DNA of 64,000 nt from Longimicrobiales bacterium (GTDB lineage: Bacteria > Gemmatimonadota > Gemmatimonadetes > Longimicrobiales > Gaopeijiaceae), in assembly GCA_963664435.2 (NCBI GenBank), contig CAXXKM010000001.1, forward strand, positions 640,001-704,000. The letters run 5' to 3'. Numbering within the stretch: the stretch's first letter is position 1; the number at the start of each line of letters is the position of its first letter. A program made the translations under genes and the position numbers. This document shows, piece after piece, positions 10,502 through 20,312 of the stretch. Below the pieces are notes generated by a model. That model saw nothing but the letters and a program-made list of their open reading frames with translations, ran no database searches and had not been told where the DNA came from.

Positions 10502-11704
10502 CTACAGGTCGCGGGCGAATGTCCGAATGCGCTGCATCGACTCGAGGATGCGCGCCTCCGGACACAGGAGCGAAACCCGCACCCAGTTGCGCCAGCGCTC
10601 CCCGAAGGAGGCGCCGGGGAACATCAGCACGCCCGCCTCGTCGAGGAGGCGGTAGCAGAAGGTCTCGGCATCCATTCCGAAGCGCGACACGTCGGCCCAC
10701 ATGAACAAGCCTCCCCCGTGGGACCCGTGCGGGACGGCCAGGTCGGCGAAGCCGTCGATCAGCGCCTGGCGCCGGCGTCGATAACGCGCCAGGTACTGCG
10801 GGCGCGGGTCCGGATCGGCCTCGAGGGCCGCGAGGGCGGTGTACTGCGAGAAAGCCGGACACGGGCCGGAGGTCGTGCTCTTGATGGCCTCCACCGCGTC
10901 GATGAAGGCAGGCGGGCCGACGAGGTAGCCGACCCGGAAGCCGGTCATCGCGTACGCCTTGGAGAAGCCCGAAAGGACCACCGAGCGCCCGCGCGCGCCC
11001 TCCGCGGCGAGCAGCGACAGGAAGGGTTCCTCGCGGAAGACCACGTCCTCGTAGATCTCGTCGGCCACCACGACCATGTCGAGGTCGGCTGCGGCCCGCG
11101 CCAGATCGCGGACGCCCTGCGGGCCGACGCAGGCGCCCGTCGGGTTCGATGGATTCACGAACACGAGCAGCTTGCAGCCCTGCGCGTGCTGCCGGAGTTC
11201 CCCGCTCCCGAGCTCGAAGGGCCGGTCGCCGCCGGTGGGGACGGGCACGATGTCGCCGCCCGCGGTCCCGATGGCCTGGTCGTAGGAGCTGTAGCGCGGG
11301 TCCTGGCAGGCAACCCGGTCGCCCGGGTCGACGAGCGCCAGCATGGCCAGGAAGAGCCCCTCCTGGGCGCCGTTGGTGATGGCGATCTCGGTGGCGGGAT
11401 CGACTTCGACGCCCTTCTCGCGGGCATACCGGCGGGCGATGCCCTCCCGCAGTGGAAGCAGGCCACGCACCGGTCCTTCGTCCCATACGGCCATCCCCGC
11501 GCCCATCGCGCCGGCGAAACGGGCCAGGCCATCCTCCACGATCGCGGGCTGCGTGTGCAGGTCGGGATCGCCCCGGCCGAGCGAGATGACGTTCTCTCGT
11601 TCTCGCGCGAGCGCCATCATCTTGTAGCGCAGGGTGGTGGCCGCCTCACCCTTGCGCAGCGATGCGGAACCCGCACGTTCCCGGGACTTCATCGGGGCGC
11701 TCAT
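10502..11704 (-). CDS. Class I/II PLP aminotransferase
   Basis: GRGDPD, NPSNPTG, DEIY, SGFSKAYAMTGFRVG. Confidence 0.92.
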   Translation of the reverse strand: MSAPMKSRERAGSASLRKGEAATTLRYKMMALARERENVISLGRGDPDLHTQPAIVEDGLARFAGAMGAGMAVWDEGPVRGLLPLREGIARRYAREKGVEVDPATEIAITNGAQEGLFLAMLALVDPGDRVACQDPRYSSYDQAIGTAGGDIVPVPTGGDRPFELGSGELRQHAQGCKLLVFVNPSNPTGACVGPQGVRDLARAAADLDMVVVADEIYEDVVFREEPFLSLLAAEGARGRSVVLSGFSKAYAMTGFRVGYLVGPPAFIDAVEAIKSTTSGPCPAFSQYTALAALEADPDPRPQYLARYRRRRQALIDGFADLAVPHGSHGGGLFMWADVSRFGMDAETFCYRLLDEAGVLMFPGASFGERWRNWVRVSLLCPEARILESMQRIRTFARDL

Positions 11705-12570
11705 GGCCGCACCCCCAGCGCCCACAACGCGGCGCGCTGCGAGGGAGCCGGCGAGCAGATGGACGACGCCTGCTTCCACTTGGCGATGCGCGGCCGCACG
11801 GCCACCGGAGCGGCGACGAAGCCGAGAGAGAACGGGTGCATTCCCTCGAGGCCGTCCAGCGAGCCGATGACGATGGCGTCCGCGAGGTCGGGATCGGGAT
11901 CGCCCGGGACCGACGGGCCGGCACCGGAATCCCTGGCTGACGAAGGAGCTCCGCGCGTCGTCGAGGACGCGATTGGATTCGGCGAGTCGCCGGCGGCAAA
12001 GAGCCGGTCCCCGATGGCGTGCACCCGGGAGATTCCCAGGTCGGGGGATGCGTTCCCATTCTCGAGGATGGCCGCCCCCGCCTCGTACTCGATCAGCTGA
12101 AACGCCGCCTCGGCTCCAGGCGGAGCGTCGGCGCCGGGTTCGATCACGCGCACCCGCATCCAGTCGAGCAGGCGCTGATGCCGACCTCCCGAACTTGCGA
12201 CGATGACCGCCCCCTCTCCGCCGCCGAGGCCCAGGAGGGTCGCGAAGAGGGACTCTCCTTCGCCCTGAGTAATGAGCACGCCATCCGGTTCGCGGGCGGG
12301 AAACCCCACGCGCTGAAGCGCTTCGCCTACGCGGCGGCGCAGCTCTCCCATACCCGGCCGGTCCGGATAGTGCGTTTCTCCGGCCAGCAGGTGATGGCGC
12401 AGGCCGGCCCACAAGCCTTCGCTCGGGCCCGACCGAGTGGGTGCGGACAAGGCGTCCGACGTTGCGACGCGAAAGGACTTCATCGCTGCCCTGGCGCGCT
12501 GGGAAACCGCCGCCTCCGCGGCGCTTCCGTGGGTCCCCGCGGGCACGTTTCCGTTGCTCGTTTCGGTCAT
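11701..12570 (-). CDS. Degenerate aminotransferase class I/II-like protein lacking the PLP lysine
   Basis: THYPDRPGMGELR and LITQG match the AT-I N-terminus; GSLDGLEGMHPFSLGF replaces SGFSKAYAMTGFRVGY; coupled by ATGA overlaps on both sides. Confidence 0.65.
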   Translation of the reverse strand: MTETSNGNVPAGTHGSAAEAAVSQRARAAMKSFRVATSDALSAPTRSGPSEGLWAGLRHHLLAGETHYPDRPGMGELRRRVGEALQRVGFPAREPDGVLITQGEGESLFATLLGLGGGEGAVIVASSGGRHQRLLDWMRVRVIEPGADAPPGAEAAFQLIEYEAGAAILENGNASPDLGISRVHAIGDRLFAAGDSPNPIASSTTRGAPSSARDSGAGPSVPGDPDPDLADAIVIGSLDGLEGMHPFSLGFVAAPVAVRPRIAKWKQASSICSPAPSQRAALWALGVRP

Positions 12571-13394
12571 CCGACAGCCTCCGGCGTATATTCGGCGATT
12601 TCGTGAATCCGGTTCATCATCCCCCGCGTGCCCCATTGCTCCAGTGCCCGCGTCAATGTCCAGGCGTCGAAGCGGCAGCCGCTGATCTGCCCGCGCAGCC
12701 CGGCGAGAAAGAGGAACGCGGGCCCCAGCCTGATGGGATCCCGCCATCCCGCACGCGTCGCCGCATCCGCATCTTCCGCGTCGCTCTGCGTGAGGGAGGT
12801 CGGCTTGATGGGCAACCCCGGCGTCACCGTGTTGGCGCTGATGGGCAACCCCGCCAGCTCCAGCGCGAGGCATCGGGTGAATGCCTCCATGCCGAATTTC
12901 GATGCACAGTATGCGGCCTGCCGCGGGAATGCGCCGGTCCCCGCGCGCGAGGAGACGTTGATCACGGATCCGCCCTCTTCCCCAAGGAGCGGAAGGAGAT
13001 CCCGGGTCAGGAAGACCGGAGCTTCCAGGTTTACGCTCATGATGCGCCGCCAGTGTGCGGCGTCCAGTGAAGCGACCGGCTCACGTTCCAGCACGCCGGC
13101 GTTGTTGACGATGACGCGCAGCTTGCGGGCTTCCTTGCGCAGGGTGCGAGCCAGTCCCTTTCGTGCATCGTCCCGCCCGAGATCGGTGACGAGAATGTGA
13201 GCCTCGCCCCCCGCCGAGCGGATGTCGGACGCAGTCCACTCGAGCTCCTCCGGCACCTCCGACACCAGCCACACGCGCGCGCCCGCCGCCGCCATCGACT
13301 GTGCAATTCCCCGACCCAGACCTCGACCGGATCCGGTCACGAGAACGTCGATGCCCGCGACGCTTAGCGGAGGTGCAACGCTGTATGCGGGCAT
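12567..13394 (-). CDS. SDR family oxidoreductase
   Basis: TGSGRGLG, NNAG, YCASK. Confidence 0.92.
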   Translation of the reverse strand: MPAYSVAPPLSVAGIDVLVTGSGRGLGRGIAQSMAAAGARVWLVSEVPEELEWTASDIRSAGGEAHILVTDLGRDDARKGLARTLRKEARKLRVIVNNAGVLEREPVASLDAAHWRRIMSVNLEAPVFLTRDLLPLLGEEGGSVINVSSRAGTGAFPRQAAYCASKFGMEAFTRCLALELAGLPISANTVTPGLPIKPTSLTQSDAEDADAATRAGWRDPIRLGPAFLFLAGLRGQISGCRFDAWTLTRALEQWGTRGMMNRIHEIAEYTPEAVG

Positions 13395-13473
13395 GCCTTA
13401 TCGAAAGGTGGGCACACGTTGGTTCGCGGGGTGACAGGCAACAGGATCGATCGCCGGGGAATCGATCTCGGCC

Positions 13474-14703
13474 CTAACCCACAAGCGCATCAACCAACTG
13501 GGCGCAGGCGTAGCCAAGATAGTTCCCGAGGGCATATCCGAAGATGCCCACGATGACCGCGGGGGCGACCAGCTTGTGCCACTTCATCGCCATGCCGATG
13601 GCCAGCGCCGATCCGGGCCCGCCGATGGCGGCCTGGCTTGCGATCGAGACGGTGGCGAGATCGATGCGGAAAAGCCAGCCGATCCCGTACGCGACGACGA
13701 CGTGAATGCCGATGATCGCGATCATGAAGCCGAAGATGGGAACGCCGGCGTCCAGGATGGTCGCCAGGTCGGAGGCCGCGCCCAGCGCGATGAAGAAGAT
13801 GTGGAGCGCGAAGTAGGAAAGGACTTCAGCCCCGCGCAGTTTTCTCACCCACGGCAACTGCGCCACGATGAGCGCGATAGTCGTGAGCCAGAGGACGTCC
13901 GGCACCTCGCTGAGGAAGCTGACCAGTCCGTACCAGGGCGAGCCGTCCGTCATGGAGGGGAGGGCTTCCGTCAGGCTTTCGCTGATGAGCCGGGCCACCC
14001 AGAGCGCGGCGAGGGGCAGGCCTCCCAGGATGGCGAAATCCGTGATGCTGATGTCGGTGTCGGTCCAGCGGCGGCGCATCGTCTCCTCCTGCGCGTCCTG
14101 CTCTTCCTTCTCCGCGGGGTCCGTGGCCGATACCGCCGCCAACCCGGGACCGGACCGCCGCAGGAACATCGCGCCAAGGATCCCCGCCAACCACACCTGG
14201 AACAACAGGTACGGGACCGTCGACATGTTGTCGGCCAGCGCAGCCGCGGCGAAGGTGCTCGGTTCGACTTCGAGCCCCTGCCCGACCGCGGCGAAGTTCA
14301 TCCCGCCCCCCGCGAAGGCGGCCGAGAACGCCCCGGAGAGCTTCCACGTCTCCGGACCGACCCATCCCGCCATGGTCGCGCCCGCGACCGCCCCGCCAAC
14401 GAAGCTGCCCCCGCACGCGGCGAGATACGCGATCAGGAGCGGCCTTCCCGCGTTGGCCAATTCCTTCATCTGCGTGCCCATGATGACGAGCACGATCGCG
14501 TAGGGGATGGCGAAGGTGAACACGCCCTCGTGCGCGGGCCCGGTGTGCTCGATCACGCCGACGTTGGCGAGCGTGATGCCGAGCAGGGTGCACACGACGG
14601 CGGAGCTGATCTTCTTGATGACGTCGTAGCGCTCTTCCAGCCAGCGCGCGAAGGCCACCACGGCCAGCATGAATGCGACAACCAGAAGCGGGTCTCTCAG
14701 CAT
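13474..14703 (-). CDS. DUF819-like multi-pass membrane protein
   Basis: About 10 TM helices, GGGMNF, ASQAAIGGP, GYALGNYLG motifs. Confidence 0.8.
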   Translation of the reverse strand: MLRDPLLVVAFMLAVVAFARWLEERYDVIKKISSAVVCTLLGITLANVGVIEHTGPAHEGVFTFAIPYAIVLVIMGTQMKELANAGRPLLIAYLAACGGSFVGGAVAGATMAGWVGPETWKLSGAFSAAFAGGGMNFAAVGQGLEVEPSTFAAAALADNMSTVPYLLFQVWLAGILGAMFLRRSGPGLAAVSATDPAEKEEQDAQEETMRRRWTDTDISITDFAILGGLPLAALWVARLISESLTEALPSMTDGSPWYGLVSFLSEVPDVLWLTTIALIVAQLPWVRKLRGAEVLSYFALHIFFIALGAASDLATILDAGVPIFGFMIAIIGIHVVVAYGIGWLFRIDLATVSIASQAAIGGPGSALAIGMAMKWHKLVAPAVIVGIFGYALGNYLGYACAQLVDALVG

Positions 14704-14824
14704 GGCGTTCGGGGCTCAGAGTTGTGTGGATGGGAACGGTGATCGTGACCCTTCTCGTCCCGTAGCGACATGGGCCCGCCCATCGGCGACCGCGATCCGG
14801 ACCGACGCCCCCGGGCGACCGGCG

Positions 14825-16021
14825 TCATCCGGGCCGGACAAGGCCCTTCACCTCATCACCCCGCCCCGCCGCGACCAGATTTGCGACCACGTCGTCGATC
14901 ATGCCGCGCTGCCCGCCGCCGGTCCCGCCGCCCACATGGGGTGACAGGAGGACGTTGGGCGCATCCGCCAGCGGGCTGCCCGCCGGCAGCGGCTCGTAGA
15001 GGAAGGCGTCCAGCCCCGCCCCGGCGATCCGGCCGCCGTGAAGGGCGTCGACGAGCGCATCTTCATCGACCAGCCCGCCGCGCGCCGTGTTCACCAGGAT
15101 GGCCGTGGGCTTCATGAGCCCAAGGGCAGCGGCGTCGATCATGCGTTCGGTCTCGTCGGTGTGGGGCGCGTGCAGGCTGACCACATCGCTCGCGGCGAGG
15201 AGCTCCGGGAGCGGCAGGAAGCGCGCCCCGACCATCTCCTCGTGCGCCCGGGGCAGGGGCGTGCGCTTGGTGTAGACGACTTCCATATCGAAAGCGCGCG
15301 CGCGCCGCGCGACCTCGAGCGCGATGTCGCCAAGCCCGACCAGACCGAGCGTCGCGCCGTGCAGTTGCCAGACGTCTGGATAGCGCAGCCAGTTGAAGGC
15401 GATCTTGCGCTCCGTGGTGCGTACGGGCTCGACGCCAAGACCTTGATACTCCGCGTCCCGGGTGCCCAGATGCCCCGGCACCAGTTTGCGGTAGAGGCCC
15501 AGCATCAGCGCGACGGTCTGCTCGGCGACGGCGATCGCGCCTCGGTGCGGAAGCACCGACACCGGCACTCCGGCCGCAGCAGCGGCGTCCCGATCCACCG
15601 CCCAGGGCGCCCGTCCCTGTACCTGGATCAGACGAAGCTGCGGGGAGGCGCCGATCAGGTCCGCGCCGACGGACCGTTTCGCGGTCACGAGCGCGTCGGC
15701 GCTGGCCGCAGCCGCGCGCAATTCCCGTTCATCCATCCCGCCGCCCCACGTCATCTCGACTCCGGCACCCTCCGCAGTCTGCTGAAAGAGGCCTTGGATC
15801 CAGTCGGCAAGGGGTTCGACATGCAGTGCTCGCAAGGTGGGGAAACTCCGCGTGAGGTTGGAGACGAGGACGGGGTCCGGAGGCGTGCTGGCGGTGGCAA
15901 CCTCAGAGCGCGAGCAACATAGAGAGCAGCGGCAATACGCGCGAGAGCAGCGGTACCGGCGCGTCGGCAATCCACGCCAGTGTGATACCAGGCGCCCGAA
16001 GCCGCGCGCTTGCATTGGCAT
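14825..16021 (-). CDS. D-isomer-specific 2-hydroxyacid dehydrogenase (true start probably near 15,900 or later)
   Basis: GLVGLGDIA, NTARGGLVDE, SPHVGG; N-terminal part of the ORF looks non-coding. Confidence 0.85.
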   Translation of the reverse strand: MPMQARGFGRLVSHWRGLPTRRYRCSRAYCRCSLCCSRSEVATASTPPDPVLVSNLTRSFPTLRALHVEPLADWIQGLFQQTAEGAGVEMTWGGGMDERELRAAAASADALVTAKRSVGADLIGASPQLRLIQVQGRAPWAVDRDAAAAAGVPVSVLPHRGAIAVAEQTVALMLGLYRKLVPGHLGTRDAEYQGLGVEPVRTTERKIAFNWLRYPDVWQLHGATLGLVGLGDIALEVARRARAFDMEVVYTKRTPLPRAHEEMVGARFLPLPELLAASDVVSLHAPHTDETERMIDAAALGLMKPTAILVNTARGGLVDEDALVDALHGGRIAGAGLDAFLYEPLPAGSPLADAPNVLLSPHVGGGTGGGQRGMIDDVVANLVAAGRGDEVKGLVRPG

Positions 16022-16081
16022 CGCGCGGGAGCAGCATGGACCTCGGTGTGGAGACCTGCGGCCTTCGTCACCGGCGCAGAA

Positions 16082-16492
16082 TCAGGGACAATCGTCCTCC
16101 GGCACAACCAACTCCAGGGCGGTGTGCCGGGCGATTACCTCGAAGTCGCGGCTGCGGGCCAGAAGGGGGCGAGCCGCGTCAACTGCGGCGGCGGCGACCA
16201 TGCAGTCCACGATCGATCGGATCGTGCAGCCGGCGCGGCGGCAGGTGCGCTGGATGAGAGCCGCATGCTGGAACTCCCCCAGCGAATCGGGGACGATGAT
16301 TTCGAAGCGGGAGAGCATCCGGTGCAGTTTGCGGGCGTCGGATTCCGTGCGTGAGCCCGCCAGCAACTCCATTACGACGGGAGCCGGCGTGGCGATGGGC
16401 CGTCCCGCTTGAACTCCGGCGCGCAGCGCGAGGTGGATCGGGCTCCCCGTCTTGCGCAGGTACTCGACCCACGCAGAGGTATCGACGATCAC
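16082..16492 (-). CDS. vapC: PIN-domain toxin
   Basis: IVDTSAW, ELLAG, SIVDCMVAA, RDF. Confidence 0.9.
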   Translation of the reverse strand: MIVDTSAWVEYLRKTGSPIHLALRAGVQAGRPIATPAPVVMELLAGSRTESDARKLHRMLSRFEIIVPDSLGEFQHAALIQRTCRRAGCTIRSIVDCMVAAAAVDAARPLLARSRDFEVIARHTALELVVPEDDCP

Positions 16493-16902
16493 CAAAGATC
16501 ACCGGGACTACCGTCTCGCATCTCGTCCAGATCCCCGTCCCAACCGAATCCCTGCATCGCGAGCGCTTCCTCCTTCGTCATCGGCACGATCGCCTGACGC
16601 CAGACCGCTTCCTTGACGGCCCTCGACCAGTTGCGGAGCCCGTAGCGCTTCCGGATGGCTTCCAGATCGGCTTCCGGCAGCTTCACTTCGAGGTTGACAT
16701 AGGGATAATCGGCGGATTCCGGCGCCCGGTACTCCGGACGCGCTTCCCGCACCGCCACGGCCCCCCCGCGCAGCTCCCGCTCCCGTGCCTCGCGCAGCGT
16801 CCTCCGGACCCATGCGGACACCGTGATGCGATTGCGCCTCGCGGCGTCGCGGATCTCCTCAAGTTCCGCTTCGGACAGCACGACCTGCAGTCTCTTACTC
16901 AT
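16489..16902 (-). CDS. vapB: Antitoxin, RHH/CopG-like N-domain fused to a VapB-like C-domain
   Basis: MSKRLQVVLSEAE...VSAWVRRTL; C-terminal AMQGFGWDGDLDEMR; overlaps vapC start. Confidence 0.75.
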   Translation of the reverse strand: MSKRLQVVLSEAELEEIRDAARRNRITVSAWVRRTLREARERELRGGAVAVREARPEYRAPESADYPYVNLEVKLPEADLEAIRKRYGLRNWSRAVKEAVWRQAIVPMTKEEALAMQGFGWDGDLDEMRDGSPGDLW

Positions 16903-16930
16903 GGTATGAGTATGATATACTTATCATGAA
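16903..16930 (-). promoter_or_regulatory. AT-rich TA promoter/operator
   Basis: Inverted repeat ATGATA-tact-TATCAT (16912-16927) directly upstream of the antitoxin ATG; no RBS seen. Confidence 0.55.
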
Positions 16931-17173
16931 CCGGGTTCAAGTCGTGGATTCGGTTCCTCCGGCTCGGATTGCGTCGGCAGCCCGCTCCGAAGCGCTGGCA
17001 ATGTCGCGCCCGCCTCCGTAAGCTTGCAGCGACATGATCGCGAAGCGGCGAAATCTCCCGCGCAGAGCAGGGGACGGGCCGGAGGCGAGAGCCTTTGAGG
17101 TACGTGTGCAAGGCGCGTCGCGCGGCCCGTCGGTGCCGCAAATCATCGAATCCGGGAGCATCAATCCATGACC

Positions 17174-17449
17174 ATGGACCGCCGAAAGTTCACCGCAGTC
17201 GCCGGCGCGAGCGCGATGGCGCTGGCCTGGGCGCAGGCCTGTGCCGAGGTCGCCGAGACCGGAGAGGTTACGACCGCGACGGCCAACACGCTGCTCGATC
17301 ACCAGGGATCACGGGGCATCTACGACGACGCCGCGGAGCTGGAGCGGCTGAAGGCGGCCATCGCCAACATGGTCAACGTGCAGCGGACGCTGCGCGACTT
17401 CCCGCTCGATCCCGACGAGCCTCCCCTTCTCGTTTTCCGGAGGGGCTGA
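17174..17449 (+). CDS. Small Tat-signal protein, GatC/AtzG-like amidase partner
   Basis: MDRRKF twin-arginine signal; C-terminal LRDFPLDPDEPPLLVF; 3 bp upstream of the amidase. Confidence 0.65.
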   Translation: MDRRKFTAVAGASAMALAWAQACAEVAETGEVTTATANTLLDHQGSRGIYDDAAELERLKAAIANMVNVQRTLRDFPLDPDEPPLLVFRRG

Positions 17450-17452
17450 GCC

Positions 17453-18922
17453 ATGCAGGAATCGACCTTCTTTCTGACGGTACGCGAACTGGCCGACCTC
17501 CTCGCCGACGGCTCCATCACCTCGGTCGAAATGACCGAGGCCTACCTGGACCGTGCCGAGGAGCTGGACGTCCCCCCCTTCGAGCTGCCCAGCGAGCCCC
17601 GCACCGACCAAAACGGCAAGCTGGCCACCATGGTCACCATCGCGCGCGACCACGCCCTCGAGGCCGCCGAGCGCGCCGACCGGGAGCTGGCCGCCGGGAA
17701 TCGCCGCAGCATCCTGCACGGGATCCCCTACGGCGTGAAGGACCTGCTCGACACCCGCGGCATCCGCACCACCTGGGGCTCCGGCATCTTCCGGGACCGG
17801 GTGCCGGACCGGAACGCGGCCGTCATCGACATGCTCGAAGGCGCCGGCGCCGTGCTCATGGCGAAGAATTCGCTCGGCGAGTTCGCGGGCGGCAACACCA
17901 GCTCCGCCCTCAACCCGTGGAAGCTCGACCGCACCAGCTTCGGCTCCTCCAGCGGGACGGTGTCGGCGGCGGTGGCCGGCCTCATCGGCTTCGGCATCGG
18001 GACGGAGACGGGCGGCTCCATAGTATTTCCGGCCTCCGCGGTGGGGGCTTCCGGGCTCCGCCCCAGCTTTGGCCGCGTGAGCCGCTTCGGCTGCATGGCG
18101 CTCTCATGGAGCCTGGACAAGATCGGTCCCGTGGGGCGCTCGGCGGAGGATTGCGGTCACATCCTGCAGTACATCGCCGGATACGACGCGCGCGACAACA
18201 GCACCGTCGACCGGCCGTTCGTCTTCCGCGCGGATCCGGGCACCATGCGCGGGCGGCGGCTGGGCGTGCATCGGCCCGAATTCCTGCTCTCGGGCTCGGA
18301 GAACACCCGGCGCGTCTTCCAGGAGGCGCTCGACGTCTTCGAGCAGATGGGCGTGGTGCTGGAGGATGTGGAGCTGCCCCTCCGGCCCACCGGCGCCCTC
18401 TTCACCACCATCGTCACGGTGGAGAGCGGCACCAACTTCCAGGCCCTCTTCGAGGACGGCAGCGCGGCCAACATGTTCTCGTTCAACGAGGACCGGCGCG
18501 CGGGCTGGATGGCCGGGCGCATGATGCCCGCCGCCGACTATCTCACGGCCCAGCGCATCCGCAACCAGCTCGTGCGCGAAACCGACGAGATCCTCTCGCG
18601 CTACGACGCGGTCATCGCCCCGACGTGGCCCAACGGCGCCGCCATGCGCGAGGTGAGCGAGGGCTGGCCCATCCCGGCGCGCAACGAGTGGGAGCCGCCC
18701 GACGACGTCAGCGGCCGCACCCCGCGCCTCAACTACATCGCCAACCTGGTCGGCCTTCCGGGGCTCGCCATCCCCTGCGGATTCGACGAGGACGGGCTGC
18801 CGCTGTCGCTGCAGATCTGCGGCTCGTCGATGGACGATCAGGCCGTGCTGGATATGGGAATGGGGTATCAGCGCGAGACGGACTGGCACCTGCGGCGGCC
18901 GGAGTATCCCTGGAGGGAATAG
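17453..18922 (+). CDS. Amidase signature family (GatA-like)
   Basis: GVKDL, GSSSG, GTETGGSI. Confidence 0.92.
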   Translation: MQESTFFLTVRELADLLADGSITSVEMTEAYLDRAEELDVPPFELPSEPRTDQNGKLATMVTIARDHALEAAERADRELAAGNRRSILHGIPYGVKDLLDTRGIRTTWGSGIFRDRVPDRNAAVIDMLEGAGAVLMAKNSLGEFAGGNTSSALNPWKLDRTSFGSSSGTVSAAVAGLIGFGIGTETGGSIVFPASAVGASGLRPSFGRVSRFGCMALSWSLDKIGPVGRSAEDCGHILQYIAGYDARDNSTVDRPFVFRADPGTMRGRRLGVHRPEFLLSGSENTRRVFQEALDVFEQMGVVLEDVELPLRPTGALFTTIVTVESGTNFQALFEDGSAANMFSFNEDRRAGWMAGRMMPAADYLTAQRIRNQLVRETDEILSRYDAVIAPTWPNGAAMREVSEGWPIPARNEWEPPDDVSGRTPRLNYIANLVGLPGLAIPCGFDEDGLPLSLQICGSSMDDQAVLDMGMGYQRETDWHLRRPEYPWRE

Positions 18923-19008
18923 GACGCCGACTCGGACGGAGCCGCAGCGCGGACGCGGACCGGGCCACAGGGCCTGGCGGTGCCCCGTTGATGCGGGTGG
19001 GCTGACCC

Positions 19009-20301
19009 TCAGTTCCGGTGCAACCGAAATACCCGCGGATGCTCGACGTCCAGCTCATCCCGGTAGACGCCGAGCACGTAGTCCACGCCGATCTCCATGA
19101 CCGACAAATCGGCCGGGATCTCGACGCCGCCCAGCCATGCGCCATCGGGCCCCAGCACCTGCCAGGTTTCCGGGCCGCCGCCTTCATTCGGCGCGACGAA
19201 CGGTCTCAGCCAGATCGCTCCCGTCGGGTCCACCTTCACGTCCGCGTAGGCCGGACGCCGGTCGGTGACGGGCAGATCCTGGTAGAACTCCAAGATCATC
19301 GGCGGAAGCTCGTCCGGGTCCTGCAGGCGTGCGTCTCGTTCCCTTTCGAATGCGTCGGCGGACAGCTCCAGCGGATATCCCGGAATGCGAAGGATGCGAG
19401 CCGGCACGCCGTCGGCCGTCAACTCCTCGATCTGCATGTCGACGGCGTCTCCCAGGAAAACTCGCCCCGCGTGCGCCGCCACGAACGCATCGCGACCGAA
19501 GGGATGAGGGCCGGCGAAGGCCCCGCCGCCGCTGTTGACGTGCATGAAGACCTCGTTGCCGGCCGTCACCCCGATGCTGTCGACCGACTCGCCGGCCGGG
19601 TCAACGCGGAACAATCCGCCCGGCTGCCTGAGGAAGGCGCTCCCGCCCTCATGCCCCATCATGAACCGGATACGCGTCTCGATGACGATTTCGCCATTCC
19701 CGAGATGGGCCACGGCGTTTGATTCGGCGATCACGCCGGACGGGAGGGGCACGTTGAAGGTCCCGAGCAATGCCCGGTCCGGCCCGAAGAAGGTCACGCG
19801 GCCACTGGCATCCAGGACGATCAGCGAATCGCCGGCGTTGTCGAATCCCACGATCGCGCGGAACTCACCGGGACCATCCCCCTCGCCGCCCAGGGAAGCG
19901 ATGTGGCTGCCTTCCGCCGTATACAGCCGGATTTCGTTCGAGCCTCCGTTGGCCACAGCCAGCGACCCTGCGCTCAGGCGCCGCATTCCCCGCACCCGGA
20001 AGAATTCGTGACCGGGTCCCGTTCCGGCTGCGCCGAGATCCAGCAGCGGCTCCGGCTCCACGCGCCATGCGTCCGAGTCCGACCATCGCGGTGCCGTGGA
20101 TTCGACGATTTCGATGCCCGCGCTGTCCCGAACGGTCGTGGACGGGGCTTCGCCCTGCCGGCCGTCTCCGCCGCATGCCGCGCCGAAGATCAGGAACAGC
20201 GCGGGGAGGACGTGCTGGGGGAGGGTACGATGGCGGAGGACGCGATGGGGGAGGACGCGATGACCGAAGCGCCCGATGGGCTCTACCTCATGCACATGCA
20301 T
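19009..20301 (-). CDS. Probable beta-propeller lipoprotein (6-bladed/NHL-like)
   Basis: Lipobox AACG, VRDSAGIEIVES, GGEGDGPGEF, DELDVEHPRVFRL; start uncertain. Confidence 0.7.
   Translation of the reverse strand: MHVHEVEPIGRFGHRVLPHRVLRHRTLPQHVLPALFLIFGAACGGDGRQGEAPSTTVRDSAGIEIVESTAPRWSDSDAWRVEPEPLLDLGAAGTGPGHEFFRVRGMRRLSAGSLAVANGGSNEIRLYTAEGSHIASLGGEGDGPGEFRAIVGFDNAGDSLIVLDASGRVTFFGPDRALLGTFNVPLPSGVIAESNAVAHLGNGEIVIETRIRFMMGHEGGSAFLRQPGGLFRVDPAGESVDSIGVTAGNEVFMHVNSGGGAFAGPHPFGRDAFVAAHAGRVFLGDAVDMQIEELTADGVPARILRIPGYPLELSADAFERERDARLQDPDELPPMILEFYQDLPVTDRRPAYADVKVDPTGAIWLRPFVAPNEGGGPETWQVLGPDGAWLGGVEIPADLSVMEIGVDYVLGVYRDELDVEHPRVFRLHRN
20203..20262. repeat. 4 x 15-bp tandem repeat encoding HRVLP-like units
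   Basis: ggggaggacgcgatg variants in tandem. Confidence 0.85.
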
Positions 20302-20312
20302 CCCAGGCCGTC

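Noticed and set aside
10941..10969. 29-bp identity with 29661-29689
   Set aside because: Encodes the conserved GFSKAYAMTG motif of two aminotransferases under strong codon bias; no recombination context
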